Assembly: GCA_050250255.1 (NCBI GenBank)
Contig: JBFWOZ010000019.1
Location: forward strand, 1 to 53,677
Direction: 5' to 3'
DNA: 53,677 bases
Source: Bdellovibrionales bacterium
GTDB taxonomy: Bacteria > Bdellovibrionota > Bdellovibrionia > Bdellovibrionales > DASUEL01
Numbering within the stretch: position 1 is the first letter of the stretch; each line of letters begins with the position of its first letter. Position numbers and translations under genes: made by a program. Shown here piece after piece: positions 27,835-38,243 of this stretch. A model generated the notes under the pieces. The model ran no database searches. It was not told the origin of the DNA and worked only from the letters and a program-made list of their open reading frames with translations.

Positions 27835-28583
27835 TGAAACGTCTCGGTTACCTTCTTTGTTTTGGATGGGTTCTTCTTGTGTCGCATACGACGTGGGCGC
27901 AGGGAGTAACGCTACCTAATTTCCAGATGGGGTTTAAGACCACCCAGAATCCACAAGAAGTTGTAAACGTGATCAAAATTGTTCTCATGCTGACGGTTTT
28001 AACCCTAGCACCAGCGATTCTGATTTTAATGACCAGTTTTACTAGAATTCTTATTGTACTTTCGTTTATTCGACATGCGCTTGGTACGCAGCAAATGCCG
28101 CCCAATCAGGTGATTGTAGGTCTCTCGCTTTTTCTTACACTTTTTGTGATGTCCCCCTTTCTCAACGAAATCAATGATAAGGCGCTGCAGCCTTACTTAG
28201 CTGGAAAAATAGCTCAAGAGCCAGCTTTTGATAATGCTATGACTCCCCTTAGAAAATTTATGTTCAGTCAAACCCGTGATGCGGATCTCGCGCTTTTCAT
28301 CAAACTTTCAGGGTCAGCACAGCCAAAAACAAGAGCGGATGTGTCTTCGACGGTTCTTATCCCCGCTTTTGTCATATCGGAATTGAAGACAGCCTTTCAA
28401 ATTGGGTTTGTGATTTATCTCCCGTTTCTTGTCATCGACATCGTTGTGGCGAGTGTGCTGATGGCAATGGGTATGATGATGTTACCGCCAGTGATCGTGT
28501 CGTTACCGTTTAAAATTATGCTTTTTGTTTTGATTGATGGTTGGGGTTTATTGATCGGTTCAATCGTGAAAAGTTTTGGATGA
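27831..28583 (+). CDS. fliP: Flagellar export protein FliP
   Basis: TSFTRILIVLS, PPNQV, SELKTAFQIGF and MGMMMLPP motifs. Confidence 0.97.
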   Translation: MMKRLGYLLCFGWVLLVSHTTWAQGVTLPNFQMGFKTTQNPQEVVNVIKIVLMLTVLTLAPAILILMTSFTRILIVLSFIRHALGTQQMPPNQVIVGLSLFLTLFVMSPFLNEINDKALQPYLAGKIAQEPAFDNAMTPLRKFMFSQTRDADLALFIKLSGSAQPKTRADVSSTVLIPAFVISELKTAFQIGFVIYLPFLVIDIVVASVLMAMGMMMLPPVIVSLPFKIMLFVLIDGWGLLIGSIVKSFG

Positions 28584-28591
28584 GGTGAGAT

Positions 28592-28864
28592 GTGGGCGAA
28601 GAACTCGTACTTAATTTGGGCCAAGAAACCCTGAAGGTAGCAGCACTGCTGTCTGCACCTCTTTTGCTCTCCGCTCTTATTGTCGGGGTTGTGGTGAGTG
28701 TATTTCAGGCGATCACACAGATTAACGAAGCAACACTGACTTTTATCCCAAAGCTTGTCGTAATGGGAATCATTTTTGTCATCGCAGGTCCTTGGATGTT
28801 GGATGTGATTTCAAAGTTCACGATTGAACTTTTTGAAAATGTCACGATGTACGTAAGGAATTAG
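28592..28864 (+). CDS. fliQ: Flagellar export protein FliQ
   Basis: FQAITQINEATLTFIPK. Confidence 0.97.
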   Translation: MGEELVLNLGQETLKVAALLSAPLLLSALIVGVVVSVFQAITQINEATLTFIPKLVVMGIIFVIAGPWMLDVISKFTIELFENVTMYVRN

Positions 28865-28866
28865 GG

Positions 28867-29646
28867 ATGTTTGAGATTTATAAATTTTCAGAGAGCGAGA
28901 TTTTAGTTTTTCTTCTCATTCTTGCGAGAATTTCTGCATTTTTAGTGACTTGGCCAATTCTGAGCCAGACGCAGGTGCCCCAACACACGAAGCTTCTTCT
29001 TTCGTTACTTCTTGCTTTTATGGTGATGCCGGCAACAAATATAAAAGCGATTGATCCTCGTCATCTGGAAGACGCTTTTATTCTTCTGATTATGAAAGAA
29101 GTTTTTGTAGGGATCATTCTTGGTTTTTTGGCTAAAATGTTTTTCTATACCATTGAAACCTGCGGGCATATTGTGTCGGATGCGATCGGTCTTACGAATG
29201 CGCAAGTTTTAAATCCTACTTCAGATGTGCGCTCTTCTGTGATTGAACAATTCTATATTATTCTTGTTACCGTCTTCTTTTTGTTAATCAATGGGCATCA
29301 TTATTTTTTAACAGCGTTGTTCGAAAGCTTTCGACTAGTACCAGTTTCCCAAACAAGCATCTCATTTGGATTTTTGGCAAACAGTGGCGAGTATTTGCAA
29401 ACAATCATGTTGATGGGACTTAAGTTTGCAGCTCCGGTCTTTGCATCGCTTTTTGCAATGAATATCGCTATGGGAGTGATTGGCCGAGCTGTTCCACAGA
29501 TGAACGTGCTGATTACCGGTGTGAGCGTGAACATCCTTTTTGGTCTTTTCATTATGTTTATTTCATTACCTATGATTTTGAGCAATTTACCTGAGTATAT
29601 GGATCAAGTGCTTTCAAAAATTTTCGATGTATTAAAAGGCTTATAA
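28867..29646 (+). CDS. fliR: Flagellar export protein FliR
   Basis: Polytopic membrane protein with GHH and RAVPQMN motifs, in the expected synteny. Confidence 0.95.
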   Translation: MFEIYKFSESEILVFLLILARISAFLVTWPILSQTQVPQHTKLLLSLLLAFMVMPATNIKAIDPRHLEDAFILLIMKEVFVGIILGFLAKMFFYTIETCGHIVSDAIGLTNAQVLNPTSDVRSSVIEQFYIILVTVFFLLINGHHYFLTALFESFRLVPVSQTSISFGFLANSGEYLQTIMLMGLKFAAPVFASLFAMNIAMGVIGRAVPQMNVLITGVSVNILFGLFIMFISLPMILSNLPEYMDQVLSKIFDVLKGL

Positions 29647-29649
29647 GAA

Positions 29650-30720
29650 ATGGCTGAAGAAGCAGGTTCGGAAGAAAAAACAGAAGAAGCAACGGCCCAG
29701 CGGAGAGAAGATTTCCGTAAGCGGGGCCAGGTGGCTCAAAGTAAAGAGCTTGCTTCAGTACTTATGCTCGGCGGGTCGTCGCTCGCCATTTGGGCTTTAG
29801 GTCGTTTTTTCTTAGAGCAGCTGATTGAACTGCAAACGGTAACGATTGGTGAATACCTGCAGGCGGTAGTAAGAAGTGGGGATACCACTGCGGCCATTGA
29901 GTTTTGCCTTACAAAGGGCAGCTTCATCCTGGGTCCTATTCTCATGATCTGCATGATCCTGGGCTTCATGTCTTCCGTTCTTCAGGTGGGATTTATTTAT
30001 AATGAAGATGCTCTCGAGTTTGATTTGAATCGTATTAATCCGATTGAGGGCTTCAAGCGTCTTTTAACTTTAAGATCACTCGTAGAAGGCTTTAAGGCTT
30101 TTTTAAAAGTGTGCCTCGTAGTGGCAGTTGCGTACTTTATTATTCAACGAGATATTATTTCTTCTCCACTTCTTGTGCAGTTTAATGCTCAACAAATCTT
30201 TATATTCATGTCCGAAATTGTCTTGAAGCTTCTTTTGGGAGTTGGCCTTGTGATGCTTGTCCTCTCAGTTTTGGATTACGGTTATCAGTGGTGGGACCTC
30301 GAGCAAAAAATGATGATGACGAAGCAAGAAGTGAAAGAAGAGCATAAGTCTCGAGAAGGGGACCCGCTCATTCGTGCACGTATTCGTAAAATTCAAAGAG
30401 ATTTGGCTACGAAAAGAATGATGTCGGATGTCCCAAAAGCAGATGTGATCGTGACAAACCCTACCCACATTGCCGTAGCGTTACAGTATTCAGATGCGAT
30501 GCCCGCACCTAAGATCCTTGCGATTGGTGCAGACATTGTGGCCGAAAGAATCAAAGAAATTGCCCGTGAAAACAATATTCCTCTTGTAGAAAATAAACCT
30601 TTAGCAAGAGCGATTTTTAAAACATTAAAAGTTGGACAGTTTATCCCAAGAGAACTTTTCCATGCAGTCGCAGAAGTGCTTGCATATGTTTACAAGCTCA
30701 AAAGAAGGGTATTGAGATAA
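29650..30720 (+). CDS. flhB: Flagellar export protein FlhB
   Basis: EKTEEAT, EGDP and NPTH autocleavage motif. Confidence 0.97.
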   Translation: MAEEAGSEEKTEEATAQRREDFRKRGQVAQSKELASVLMLGGSSLAIWALGRFFLEQLIELQTVTIGEYLQAVVRSGDTTAAIEFCLTKGSFILGPILMICMILGFMSSVLQVGFIYNEDALEFDLNRINPIEGFKRLLTLRSLVEGFKAFLKVCLVVAVAYFIIQRDIISSPLLVQFNAQQIFIFMSEIVLKLLLGVGLVMLVLSVLDYGYQWWDLEQKMMMTKQEVKEEHKSREGDPLIRARIRKIQRDLATKRMMSDVPKADVIVTNPTHIAVALQYSDAMPAPKILAIGADIVAERIKEIARENNIPLVENKPLARAIFKTLKVGQFIPRELFHAVAEVLAYVYKLKRRVLR

Positions 30721-30721
30721 T

Positions 30722-32818
30722 ATGGATGCAGTTTTTGAGTTTATTAAAAGGTTTGAAAAATATTCGAAGAATACTGATTTAATTATCGCGTTTGCATTGA
30801 TGTCCATTATTGCGGTCATGATCGTTCCGCTGCCGGCATTCATGTTAGATATCGGCCTTACATTTTCTATCACATTCAGTCTCCTTGTTCTTTTAATCGC
30901 GATGTACTCTCAGAAAGCATTGGATTTTAGTGTATTCCCAACACTACTGCTTATTTCAACTTTGTTCCGCCTTGCCCTGAACGTGGCAACAACTCGTTTG
31001 ATTTTGAGTGAAGGTCACACGGGGAGTGCTTCTGCCGGTCACGTCGTTGAAGCTTTCGCGAGTTTTGTTGTGGGTAACAATTACGTCATCGGATTTATTG
31101 TATTTGTGATTCTTGTCGTGATTAACTTTGTGGTGATCACAAAAGGTTCCGGTCGTGTTGCGGAAGTTGCAGCACGCTTCACGTTAGATGCGATGCCTGG
31201 TAAGCAGATGTCGATCGATGCAGACCTCAACGCCGGACTCATCACAGATGATCAAGCTCGTAAACGTCGTCGCGAAATCGAATCAGAAGCCGACTTTTAT
31301 GGAGCCATGGACGGTTCGAGTAAATTCGTTCGTGGTGACGCGATTGCCGGTATTATCATTACAATTGTAAACATCGTAGGTGGTTTAACCATTGGTGTGC
31401 TTCAAAAAGGGCTAGATGTCGCAACCGCCGCAGAATACTACACCAAATTGACTATCGGTGATGGTATCGTTACCCAAATTCCTGCCCTTATTATTTCCAC
31501 CGCAGCTGGTACGATCGTAACCCGAAGTTCAAGTGATAAAGGCATGGGCCAAGACATGGTGGGTCAGCTCATTCTTCATCCAAGAGCGCTGTATGTGGTC
31601 TCCGCGGTACTAGCAATTATGGCTTGTATACCGGGCCTTCCAGGTACGCCATTCTTTTTGATGTCGCTTATTTGTGCCAGTCTTGCTTGGGTGATTCAAA
31701 AATACCAAGACGAAAAAGTTAAAAAAGACAAACAACGTGCAGACGAAATGGCTGCTAAACCTGAGAAAGAGAAAATTGAAAACCTTCTTCCGCTGGATGT
31801 GTTGGAATTGGAAGTGGGTTACGGTTTGATCAATGTCGTTGAGTCTGAGCAGAGTGGTGATCTCCTTGAGCGGATCGTCAGTATCAGAAAACAATTTGCG
31901 CTCGATCTAGGAATTGTTGTTCCAAGTATTCATATCCGAGATAACTTACAGTTAAACCCAGGTGAGTATCGAATCCTTATTAAAGGAAACAAAGTTGCGG
32001 GTGGGTCGTTGATGCCTGATCACTTGTTAGCCATGGATCCAGGTAACGTGTCGAATCCTGTCGATGGCGTTCCAACAAAAGAGCCCGCGTTTGGTCTAGA
32101 TGCATTGTGGGTTGGAAAATCATTACGTGAGGATGCAGAGCTTGCTGGATACACTGTGGTTGATCTTGCAACAGTTATGGCTACACATATCACTGAGGTG
32201 ATTCGATTACACGCTCATGAACTTCTTGGCCGACAAGAGGCGAATCAACTCATTGAAAACTTCAAGAAAGCATATCCAAAAGTGGTTGAAGAATTGGTTC
32301 CTGATAAAATGCCGCTCGGTGCTGTTGTAAAAGTTCTCCAGAACTTATTGAAAGAACAAGTTTCGATACGCGACCTCTTGACGATCTTTGAAACCTTAGC
32401 GGACGAAGCTCAAAAGACAAAAGATCTTGAGGTGTTAACCGAAGGCGTGCGTAAAGCGATGGCTCGAAGTATTACCACAAAATACACAACCGAAGATCAG
32501 ATGATTCCAACCATTTCTCTATCAAGCCATCTAGAAGAACACATTGCGAACTCCTTAATCCAAACAGAGCAGGGAATCCAGCTCGTGATGGATCCACGAA
32601 CGGCACAAGGGGTGATCGGCGAAATTGCAAAATCCATTGAACGTCATCCTGAGTTTGCTGGTCAGCCAATTCTTCTCACGAGTCCTACGGTGCGCCGACA
32701 CATTCGTAAATTAACAGAACGATTTATTCCTCAGCTTGTTGTGTTGTCACATAATGAACTGACGTCAGACGCAAAAATTACTTCACTCGACATAGTGGAG
32801 GCTCGAAATGCAGGTTAA
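30722..32818 (+). CDS. flhA: Flagellar export protein FlhA
   Basis: RVAEVAARFTLDAMPGKQMSIDADL, FYGAMDG and KFVRGDAIAG. Confidence 0.98.
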   Translation: MDAVFEFIKRFEKYSKNTDLIIAFALMSIIAVMIVPLPAFMLDIGLTFSITFSLLVLLIAMYSQKALDFSVFPTLLLISTLFRLALNVATTRLILSEGHTGSASAGHVVEAFASFVVGNNYVIGFIVFVILVVINFVVITKGSGRVAEVAARFTLDAMPGKQMSIDADLNAGLITDDQARKRRREIESEADFYGAMDGSSKFVRGDAIAGIIITIVNIVGGLTIGVLQKGLDVATAAEYYTKLTIGDGIVTQIPALIISTAAGTIVTRSSSDKGMGQDMVGQLILHPRALYVVSAVLAIMACIPGLPGTPFFLMSLICASLAWVIQKYQDEKVKKDKQRADEMAAKPEKEKIENLLPLDVLELEVGYGLINVVESEQSGDLLERIVSIRKQFALDLGIVVPSIHIRDNLQLNPGEYRILIKGNKVAGGSLMPDHLLAMDPGNVSNPVDGVPTKEPAFGLDALWVGKSLREDAELAGYTVVDLATVMATHITEVIRLHAHELLGRQEANQLIENFKKAYPKVVEELVPDKMPLGAVVKVLQNLLKEQVSIRDLLTIFETLADEAQKTKDLEVLTEGVRKAMARSITTKYTTEDQMIPTISLSSHLEEHIANSLIQTEQGIQLVMDPRTAQGVIGEIAKSIERHPEFAGQPILLTSPTVRRHIRKLTERFIPQLVVLSHNELTSDAKITSLDIVEARNAG

Positions 32819-34274
32819 AAAGTTTGAAGCTAAAACGATGAAGGAGGCATTGGAGATGGTGAAAAACCAACTCGGGCCCGATGCCATCATTCTCGGAGCA
32901 AAAGATAATAATCGAGCCTTCGGTCTTCTTGGAAAACCAAGCATTGAAGTCACGGCCGCTATTTCGGAGCCGGTTCTTCATAAAAAACGTTTTGCGGAGT
33001 CCCGCCTTAGTCCTCACCAGAAAGATCAATTACAGAGAAGTTCGGCGCGCGTGCAAAAGCAATTCATTGAAAAAAGTGTAGACCGTTATATTAAAGAGGA
33101 AAAAACAAATTATTCTTTTACGTCAACTCCATATATCGACATTCCAGATGAGAACGTTCCCGCTGCTGCCGCTCCTCGCGGCGCAAAAGTGCGTGAGCTG
33201 TTAGAGCACTATGCTGATCCAACAGAAATGGAAGCGCCACGGACTATAGAGCAAACGCCTCCACGTATTAAAGCTGTTATTAGAACGGCGTCAGAAGCTT
33301 TTCAGGATACGGTACAAAACGTGTTGGGTAAGTCTCAGGCATCTGCACCGGCAGCTCATTCCGGTTTAGATGCTCAAGAGGTACACCGTCTTCGAGAAGA
33401 AATTTCGGGATTAAAAAAATATATTCAAGATTTGCAAAACCAGCCAAAAACGTTTGTTCATACTCATCCAGGCGCACAGCTCGGTCTTGTCTACGAACTT
33501 TCGCCCATGTTTGAGCGCCTCACAACTGCGGGTCTCTCGACAGAGCTGGTTATGGGAATGCTTTTACAAGCGCAGCAAGAGTTACCAGCACCTCAATTGA
33601 AGAACATGAATTTTGTTGAGGCATGGGTAGCACATCATATCTTGAACACCATTCATGTTGTGAAGCCGGCAACGCTTGAGAAAGTACAAGTTTTTGTAGG
33701 GCCTGCGGGTCACGGTAAAACTTCAAGTCTTGTCAAATTTGCTGGATCTCTGATCGCACGTGAACGTAAAAAAGTTGGAATCGTAAGTGTCGGGGCTTTC
33801 AAAGTTGGTACTCTCGACCAAATTAAAATTTACGCAAACCTATTGAACGTTCCGTTAGAAGTTGTCAGGGAGCCAAATGATTGGGCTCGCGTGTATCAAC
33901 AGTTTCATCATTTAGATGTCATACTGGTAGATATGCCAGGGCTTGCGCTCAAGTCGGAGCAAGAAGTGGCATTGTTAAGAACGCTCATGCCTCCACACAC
34001 GCTTTCAAGAAGAATTCATTTTGTCGGATCTGTCTGTTCAAAAGACAAAGACACTTCTGAAAATGTTCGCCGTTACTTAGCGGTGAGACCTGATGATTTT
34101 ATTTTCACTCAACTGGATGAATCTGTTAGTCACGGAGTCATTTACAATCTCCAACGGCAATACAATTCGCCACTTTTTGCTTTTGGTACAGGCCCAACGA
34201 TTCCCGATGATTTTGAATTTGCAACGAAAGAACGATTACTAGATCTCATTTTCAAGTTGACTCAGAACGAGTAA
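32808..34274 (+). CDS. flhF: SRP-family GTPase FlhF
   Basis: MQVKKFEAKTMKEALEMVKNQLGPDAIIL N-terminus, GPAGHGKT, VDMPG and TQLDE motifs. Confidence 0.93.
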   Translation: MQVKKFEAKTMKEALEMVKNQLGPDAIILGAKDNNRAFGLLGKPSIEVTAAISEPVLHKKRFAESRLSPHQKDQLQRSSARVQKQFIEKSVDRYIKEEKTNYSFTSTPYIDIPDENVPAAAAPRGAKVRELLEHYADPTEMEAPRTIEQTPPRIKAVIRTASEAFQDTVQNVLGKSQASAPAAHSGLDAQEVHRLREEISGLKKYIQDLQNQPKTFVHTHPGAQLGLVYELSPMFERLTTAGLSTELVMGMLLQAQQELPAPQLKNMNFVEAWVAHHILNTIHVVKPATLEKVQVFVGPAGHGKTSSLVKFAGSLIARERKKVGIVSVGAFKVGTLDQIKIYANLLNVPLEVVREPNDWARVYQQFHHLDVILVDMPGLALKSEQEVALLRTLMPPHTLSRRIHFVGSVCSKDKDTSENVRRYLAVRPDDFIFTQLDESVSHGVIYNLQRQYNSPLFAFGTGPTIPDDFEFATKERLLDLIFKLTQNE

Positions 34275-34287
34275 GAGGAGCAGTCAC

Positions 34288-35097
34288 ATGTCGAAGCGCA
34301 CAAGAACACTCAGCATTACATCCGGCAAGGGCGGAGTGGGTAAAACTACCGTTACCGCGAACACCGCATTTCATCTCGCAAGCCAGGGAAAAAGAGTTTT
34401 GATCCTGGATGGTGATTTGGGCATGGGTAACGTGGACATCATGTTTGGTGTGCGTCCTACAAAGACAATTTATGACGTCCTCAGTGGTACGGCAACGATG
34501 GCCGAAGTATTGATCGAAGTTTCTCCGAAGGTTCATTTGATCCCAGGGGGAAGTGGAATTCTTGAGCTTCAATCTTTAACGGATCGCCAAAAACGAGTAC
34601 TGCTCGATCAAGTCAATGCGATCGGATTAGACTTTGATTATATGATTGTGGATACCGCCCCAGGCATTGATGACAATGTCCTTTATTTGAACGCCGCGGT
34701 TCACGATATCAATGTGATTTTGACCCCTGATCCTTCGAGCATGGCGGATTCATACGCTTTAATTAAAGTACTCAATAAATATCATAGAGAAAACAAGTTT
34801 TCGATTATCTGTAATCAAGTTCGTGATGAGAGAGAGGGAATGATTCTCTTTAAACGACTGAGTGATGTAGCGTCGCGATTCCTCTTTGTCAGCCTAGACT
34901 ATAAAGGATGCATTCCTGCGGATACGGTATTGGGTCGAGCGACCAAGTCGCAACAACTCCTATTAAAGTCGTATCCTTCAGCACCGTCTAGTCTCAGTTT
35001 GAGACGTATCGCTGATAATATTTCGGGCTTTAAAACGCTAGAAACGCAAAAGGGAGGCCTTCAGTTCTTCTGGGAGCAGCTCTTTCAAGTGGCATGA
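34288..35097 (+). CDS. flhG: MinD-like ATPase FlhG/FleN
   Basis: SGKGGVGKT, DGDLGMGN and DTAPG motifs. Lies between flhF and fliA. Confidence 0.93.
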   Translation: MSKRTRTLSITSGKGGVGKTTVTANTAFHLASQGKRVLILDGDLGMGNVDIMFGVRPTKTIYDVLSGTATMAEVLIEVSPKVHLIPGGSGILELQSLTDRQKRVLLDQVNAIGLDFDYMIVDTAPGIDDNVLYLNAAVHDINVILTPDPSSMADSYALIKVLNKYHRENKFSIICNQVRDEREGMILFKRLSDVASRFLFVSLDYKGCIPADTVLGRATKSQQLLLKSYPSAPSSLSLRRIADNISGFKTLETQKGGLQFFWEQLFQVA

Positions 35098-35159
35098 AAT
35101 TAACAGGACTACTTAGGTTCATCTCGATTTGATAAAATGGAAGTTAAGGGTGGGGGTTT

Positions 35160-35948
35160 ATGACGGGTAAAAGTACAAACCTATTAAAGAAGTATAAAGA
35201 GTCTTCTAATAAAATGACGAAGGAGCAAAAGGATCAGCTGATCTTGGAGTATTCTCCATTGATTCGCTACATTGCCCAAAAAATTGCGATCCGCTTACCT
35301 TCTAATATTGAGTTGGATGATCTGATTTCCAGTGGTGTGATTGGCCTCATGGATGCGATCGAAAAATACGACCCCACTCGTGATAACAAATTTAAAACTT
35401 ATGCGGAATTCCGTATTCGTGGTTCGATTCTTGATGAATTGCGCGCCCAAGATTGGGTCCCTCGCTCGGTGCGCGACAAGGCAAAACTCCTTGATCGCAC
35501 AATGATCCGCCTCGAGGCAGAATTGGGCCGTGTCGCGACAGATGAAGAAGTCGCGGGTACTCTGAATGTCACCATGGAAGAGTTCTATGAACTCGTAAAT
35601 CAAACTCGCCCGGTGAGTTTGCTATCTATCGATGACGCTGCGACATTTAGTAATGTGGATAAAAAATCCATTCTTAATATCTTAGAGAGTTGTAAGCTCA
35701 GCAATCCCTTTAACCAACTGAATCTCAAGTCGGTCAAAGATATCGTGACAACTGCAATCGAGGAGCTTCCGGAAAAACAAAGACTCGTACTTTCTCTTTA
35801 TTACTACGAAGATTTAAATTTGAAAGAAATTGGCCGTGTTCTTCGTGTGACAGAAAGCCGAGTTTCTCAGCTTCACGCTCAAGCGGTCACCCGATTGCGC
35901 GCAAAGCTCGCTCAACACTTTGAACAAGACATGGAAGTCGTAACTTAA
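35160..35948 (+). CDS. fliA: RNA polymerase sigma28 factor FliA/WhiG
   Basis: DDLISSGVIGL, RIRGSILDELRAQDWVPRS and VTESRVSQLH. Confidence 0.96.
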   Translation: MTGKSTNLLKKYKESSNKMTKEQKDQLILEYSPLIRYIAQKIAIRLPSNIELDDLISSGVIGLMDAIEKYDPTRDNKFKTYAEFRIRGSILDELRAQDWVPRSVRDKAKLLDRTMIRLEAELGRVATDEEVAGTLNVTMEEFYELVNQTRPVSLLSIDDAATFSNVDKKSILNILESCKLSNPFNQLNLKSVKDIVTTAIEELPEKQRLVLSLYYYEDLNLKEIGRVLRVTESRVSQLHAQAVTRLRAKLAQHFEQDMEVVT

Positions 35949-35968
35949 TTTGATTCAACAAATGTAAA

Positions 35969-36502
35969 ATGGATTTTACTTTGAAGATTGTCAGCTTAGG
36001 TATCATTTTCATTTCTTTAGTTTCGTGTGGGGGTTGTCCGCAGCTTGGATTTACGAAACAAGGGAATCTCAGTTGTAACGTCGCTAATGATAATCGCGCT
36101 ATCGATGAAGCGGCAGAAAACGAAAGACGTGCCGCATGCCCTGATCCCACCGACACCAGTATCAATGGTTACCAAAACGACTTTTCTGTCACCCTTGATA
36201 GAAATGGAAACTGGTCAAGTCAGATACATTTCAAAACTGCAGTCGGGCATGGAGGACTCTATCGCCTCGAGTGGAGAGCCGGCATCAATCGGCAAACTTG
36301 CAGCGGTAGCCAAGTTGTTGTCAATGGTTTCAACTCTTACTTACGAATGACTTCGAGCCCTACGCTTGCTAATATGAGAGTCATTCCTGGATTAAATTAT
36401 TTCGACTACGTAGCCTACGGTTGTCGAACCGCCTCTGAAACAACGTGTACTGAAGTCGTCGAAGAGGGTACTGCCGTCGTGAATGTGAACTACGTTCCTT
36501 AG
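35969..36502 (+). CDS. Hypothetical Cys-containing lipoprotein
   Basis: Lipobox LVSC, 177-aa ORF, beta-rich. Confidence 0.7.
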   Translation: MDFTLKIVSLGIIFISLVSCGGCPQLGFTKQGNLSCNVANDNRAIDEAAENERRAACPDPTDTSINGYQNDFSVTLDRNGNWSSQIHFKTAVGHGGLYRLEWRAGINRQTCSGSQVVVNGFNSYLRMTSSPTLANMRVIPGLNYFDYVAYGCRTASETTCTEVVEEGTAVVNVNYVP

Positions 36503-36611
36503 AGGCCACGCATGGTGGTGAGCATTCAATAGGTAAACGTAAAACACGTCCCGAGATCGAAAGCCAGAACTCACGCCCCACGACACGTCACAAGGCTGTC
36601 ATACTCATAAA

Positions 36612-38216
36612 TTAATTCGGATTCACTGGCGGATTCTGCACGCGAAACGAGTCCGCATCCGCTAATCTCATCGTGTAAGAAAACGAAGCCGGCACGGGCG
36701 CTACTTTTAATGAGTCAGTGTCGATATATTCATAAATCTCACTATAATTTTTCACGACACCGGTGCTCACGCGTTTTTGAATATGCCAGGGTTGTAAATC
36801 AGAAGGCTTTTCGAGTCCCATGGCTTCTAACATATGAGTAATGCTTTTCACGGTTTCTCGGTGAAAAGTTGCAACACGTTTTCGTTTTTCTGGAACTACG
36901 AGCCCGTACATCAAATCAGGATCTTGAGTGGCCACTCCGGTTGGGCAGCTGTTGTTGTTGCATCTCAAAGCTTGAATACAGCCAAGCGCCAGCATCATCG
37001 AACGAGCCATATAAACGGCATCCGCTCCAAGAGCCAAACGTTTGATCACGTCAAAACCAGAAGTTGCTTTTCCAGTTGCGAAAATACGAATTTGATCTCG
37101 TAAGCCAAATCCTTTTAAAAGATTGTGCACAAAAATCAGCGACTCTACTCCAGGTGTTCCAATATGGTTGGAAAATTCCAGGGGAGCCGCGCCGGTCCCA
37201 CCTTCACCACCATCGATCGCGATGTAGTCGGGCGTGATACCCGTTTTTTCCATTGCCTTACAAATCGCCGCAAGCTCCACCGGATTACCAACGCAAAGTT
37301 TGAACCCAACGGGTTTCCCACCAGAAAGCTCACGAAGTTTACCAATAAATTGCATCATTTCTACTGGAGTTGAAAACGCACGGTGTGCCGGTGGCGAAAT
37401 CACATCCTCTCCGACTAAAACTCCACGAATGTCGGCAATTTCTTGGGTGACTTTTTTTCCAGGTAAAATCCCGCCGTGTCCTGGTTTGGCTCCTTGAGAA
37501 AGTTTGAGCTCAATCATTTTGACTTGTTCGAGAGACGCTTTTTCTGCGAACTTCTTTTCGCAAAAACTTCCATCGGGATTTCTGGCGCTGAAGTAACCTG
37601 TACCGATTTGCCAAATCAGATCTCCGCCGGAAGCTAAGTGGTAAGGAGAGAGCCCGCCTTCGCCCGTATTGTGAGCGAAGCCGCCATCTTTCGCTCCGCC
37701 GTTTAACGCCATGATCGCATTTTTGCTTAAAGCACCGTAACTCATAGCTGAAATATTCACGATGCTCGCACTATAAGGCTTTCGACAATGAGGTCCTCCC
37801 ACGAGCACACGCAAATCTTTATTGTGAATCTCAGTTGGAACTATCGAATGATTGAGCCACTCGTAGCCAATCTCGTACACATTCTTTTGAGTACCGAAGG
37901 GAACGGTATCGAGTTCTCCCTTGGCTCTTTGATAAACGAGCGAGCGTTCTTCACGACTAAAAGGAACCCCATCAGTATTCGACTCCACAAAGTACTGATT
38001 GATCTCCGGTCGAATAGCTTCAAAAAGATAACGAAAATGTCCAAAGATGGGAAAGTTTCTGCGTATCGCGTGTTTTTTTTGAAAGGCATCTTGAATTCCA
38101 ATGAGGATCAAAGGCCCAATCACCACGAGTGACCAAACGACCCACTCATACAAAAATGAAAGTGCGGCTAATCCAATTAAAAGCAGACCAGAAATTAGTG
38201 CAAATTCTTTTCTCAT
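36612..38216 (-). CDS. FMN-binding glutamate synthase family protein (membrane-anchored)
   Basis: ISAMSYGALS, NTGEGG, KLSQGAKPGHGG, DGGEGGTGAAP and CIQALRCNNNSCPTGV (3Fe-4S). Confidence 0.93.
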   Translation of the reverse strand: MRKEFALISGLLLIGLAALSFLYEWVVWSLVVIGPLILIGIQDAFQKKHAIRRNFPIFGHFRYLFEAIRPEINQYFVESNTDGVPFSREERSLVYQRAKGELDTVPFGTQKNVYEIGYEWLNHSIVPTEIHNKDLRVLVGGPHCRKPYSASIVNISAMSYGALSKNAIMALNGGAKDGGFAHNTGEGGLSPYHLASGGDLIWQIGTGYFSARNPDGSFCEKKFAEKASLEQVKMIELKLSQGAKPGHGGILPGKKVTQEIADIRGVLVGEDVISPPAHRAFSTPVEMMQFIGKLRELSGGKPVGFKLCVGNPVELAAICKAMEKTGITPDYIAIDGGEGGTGAAPLEFSNHIGTPGVESLIFVHNLLKGFGLRDQIRIFATGKATSGFDVIKRLALGADAVYMARSMMLALGCIQALRCNNNSCPTGVATQDPDLMYGLVVPEKRKRVATFHRETVKSITHMLEAMGLEKPSDLQPWHIQKRVSTGVVKNYSEIYEYIDTDSLKVAPVPASFSYTMRLADADSFRVQNPPVNPN

Positions 38217-38243
38217 AACTCGTCCTTTGAGTGATGGAGATGA

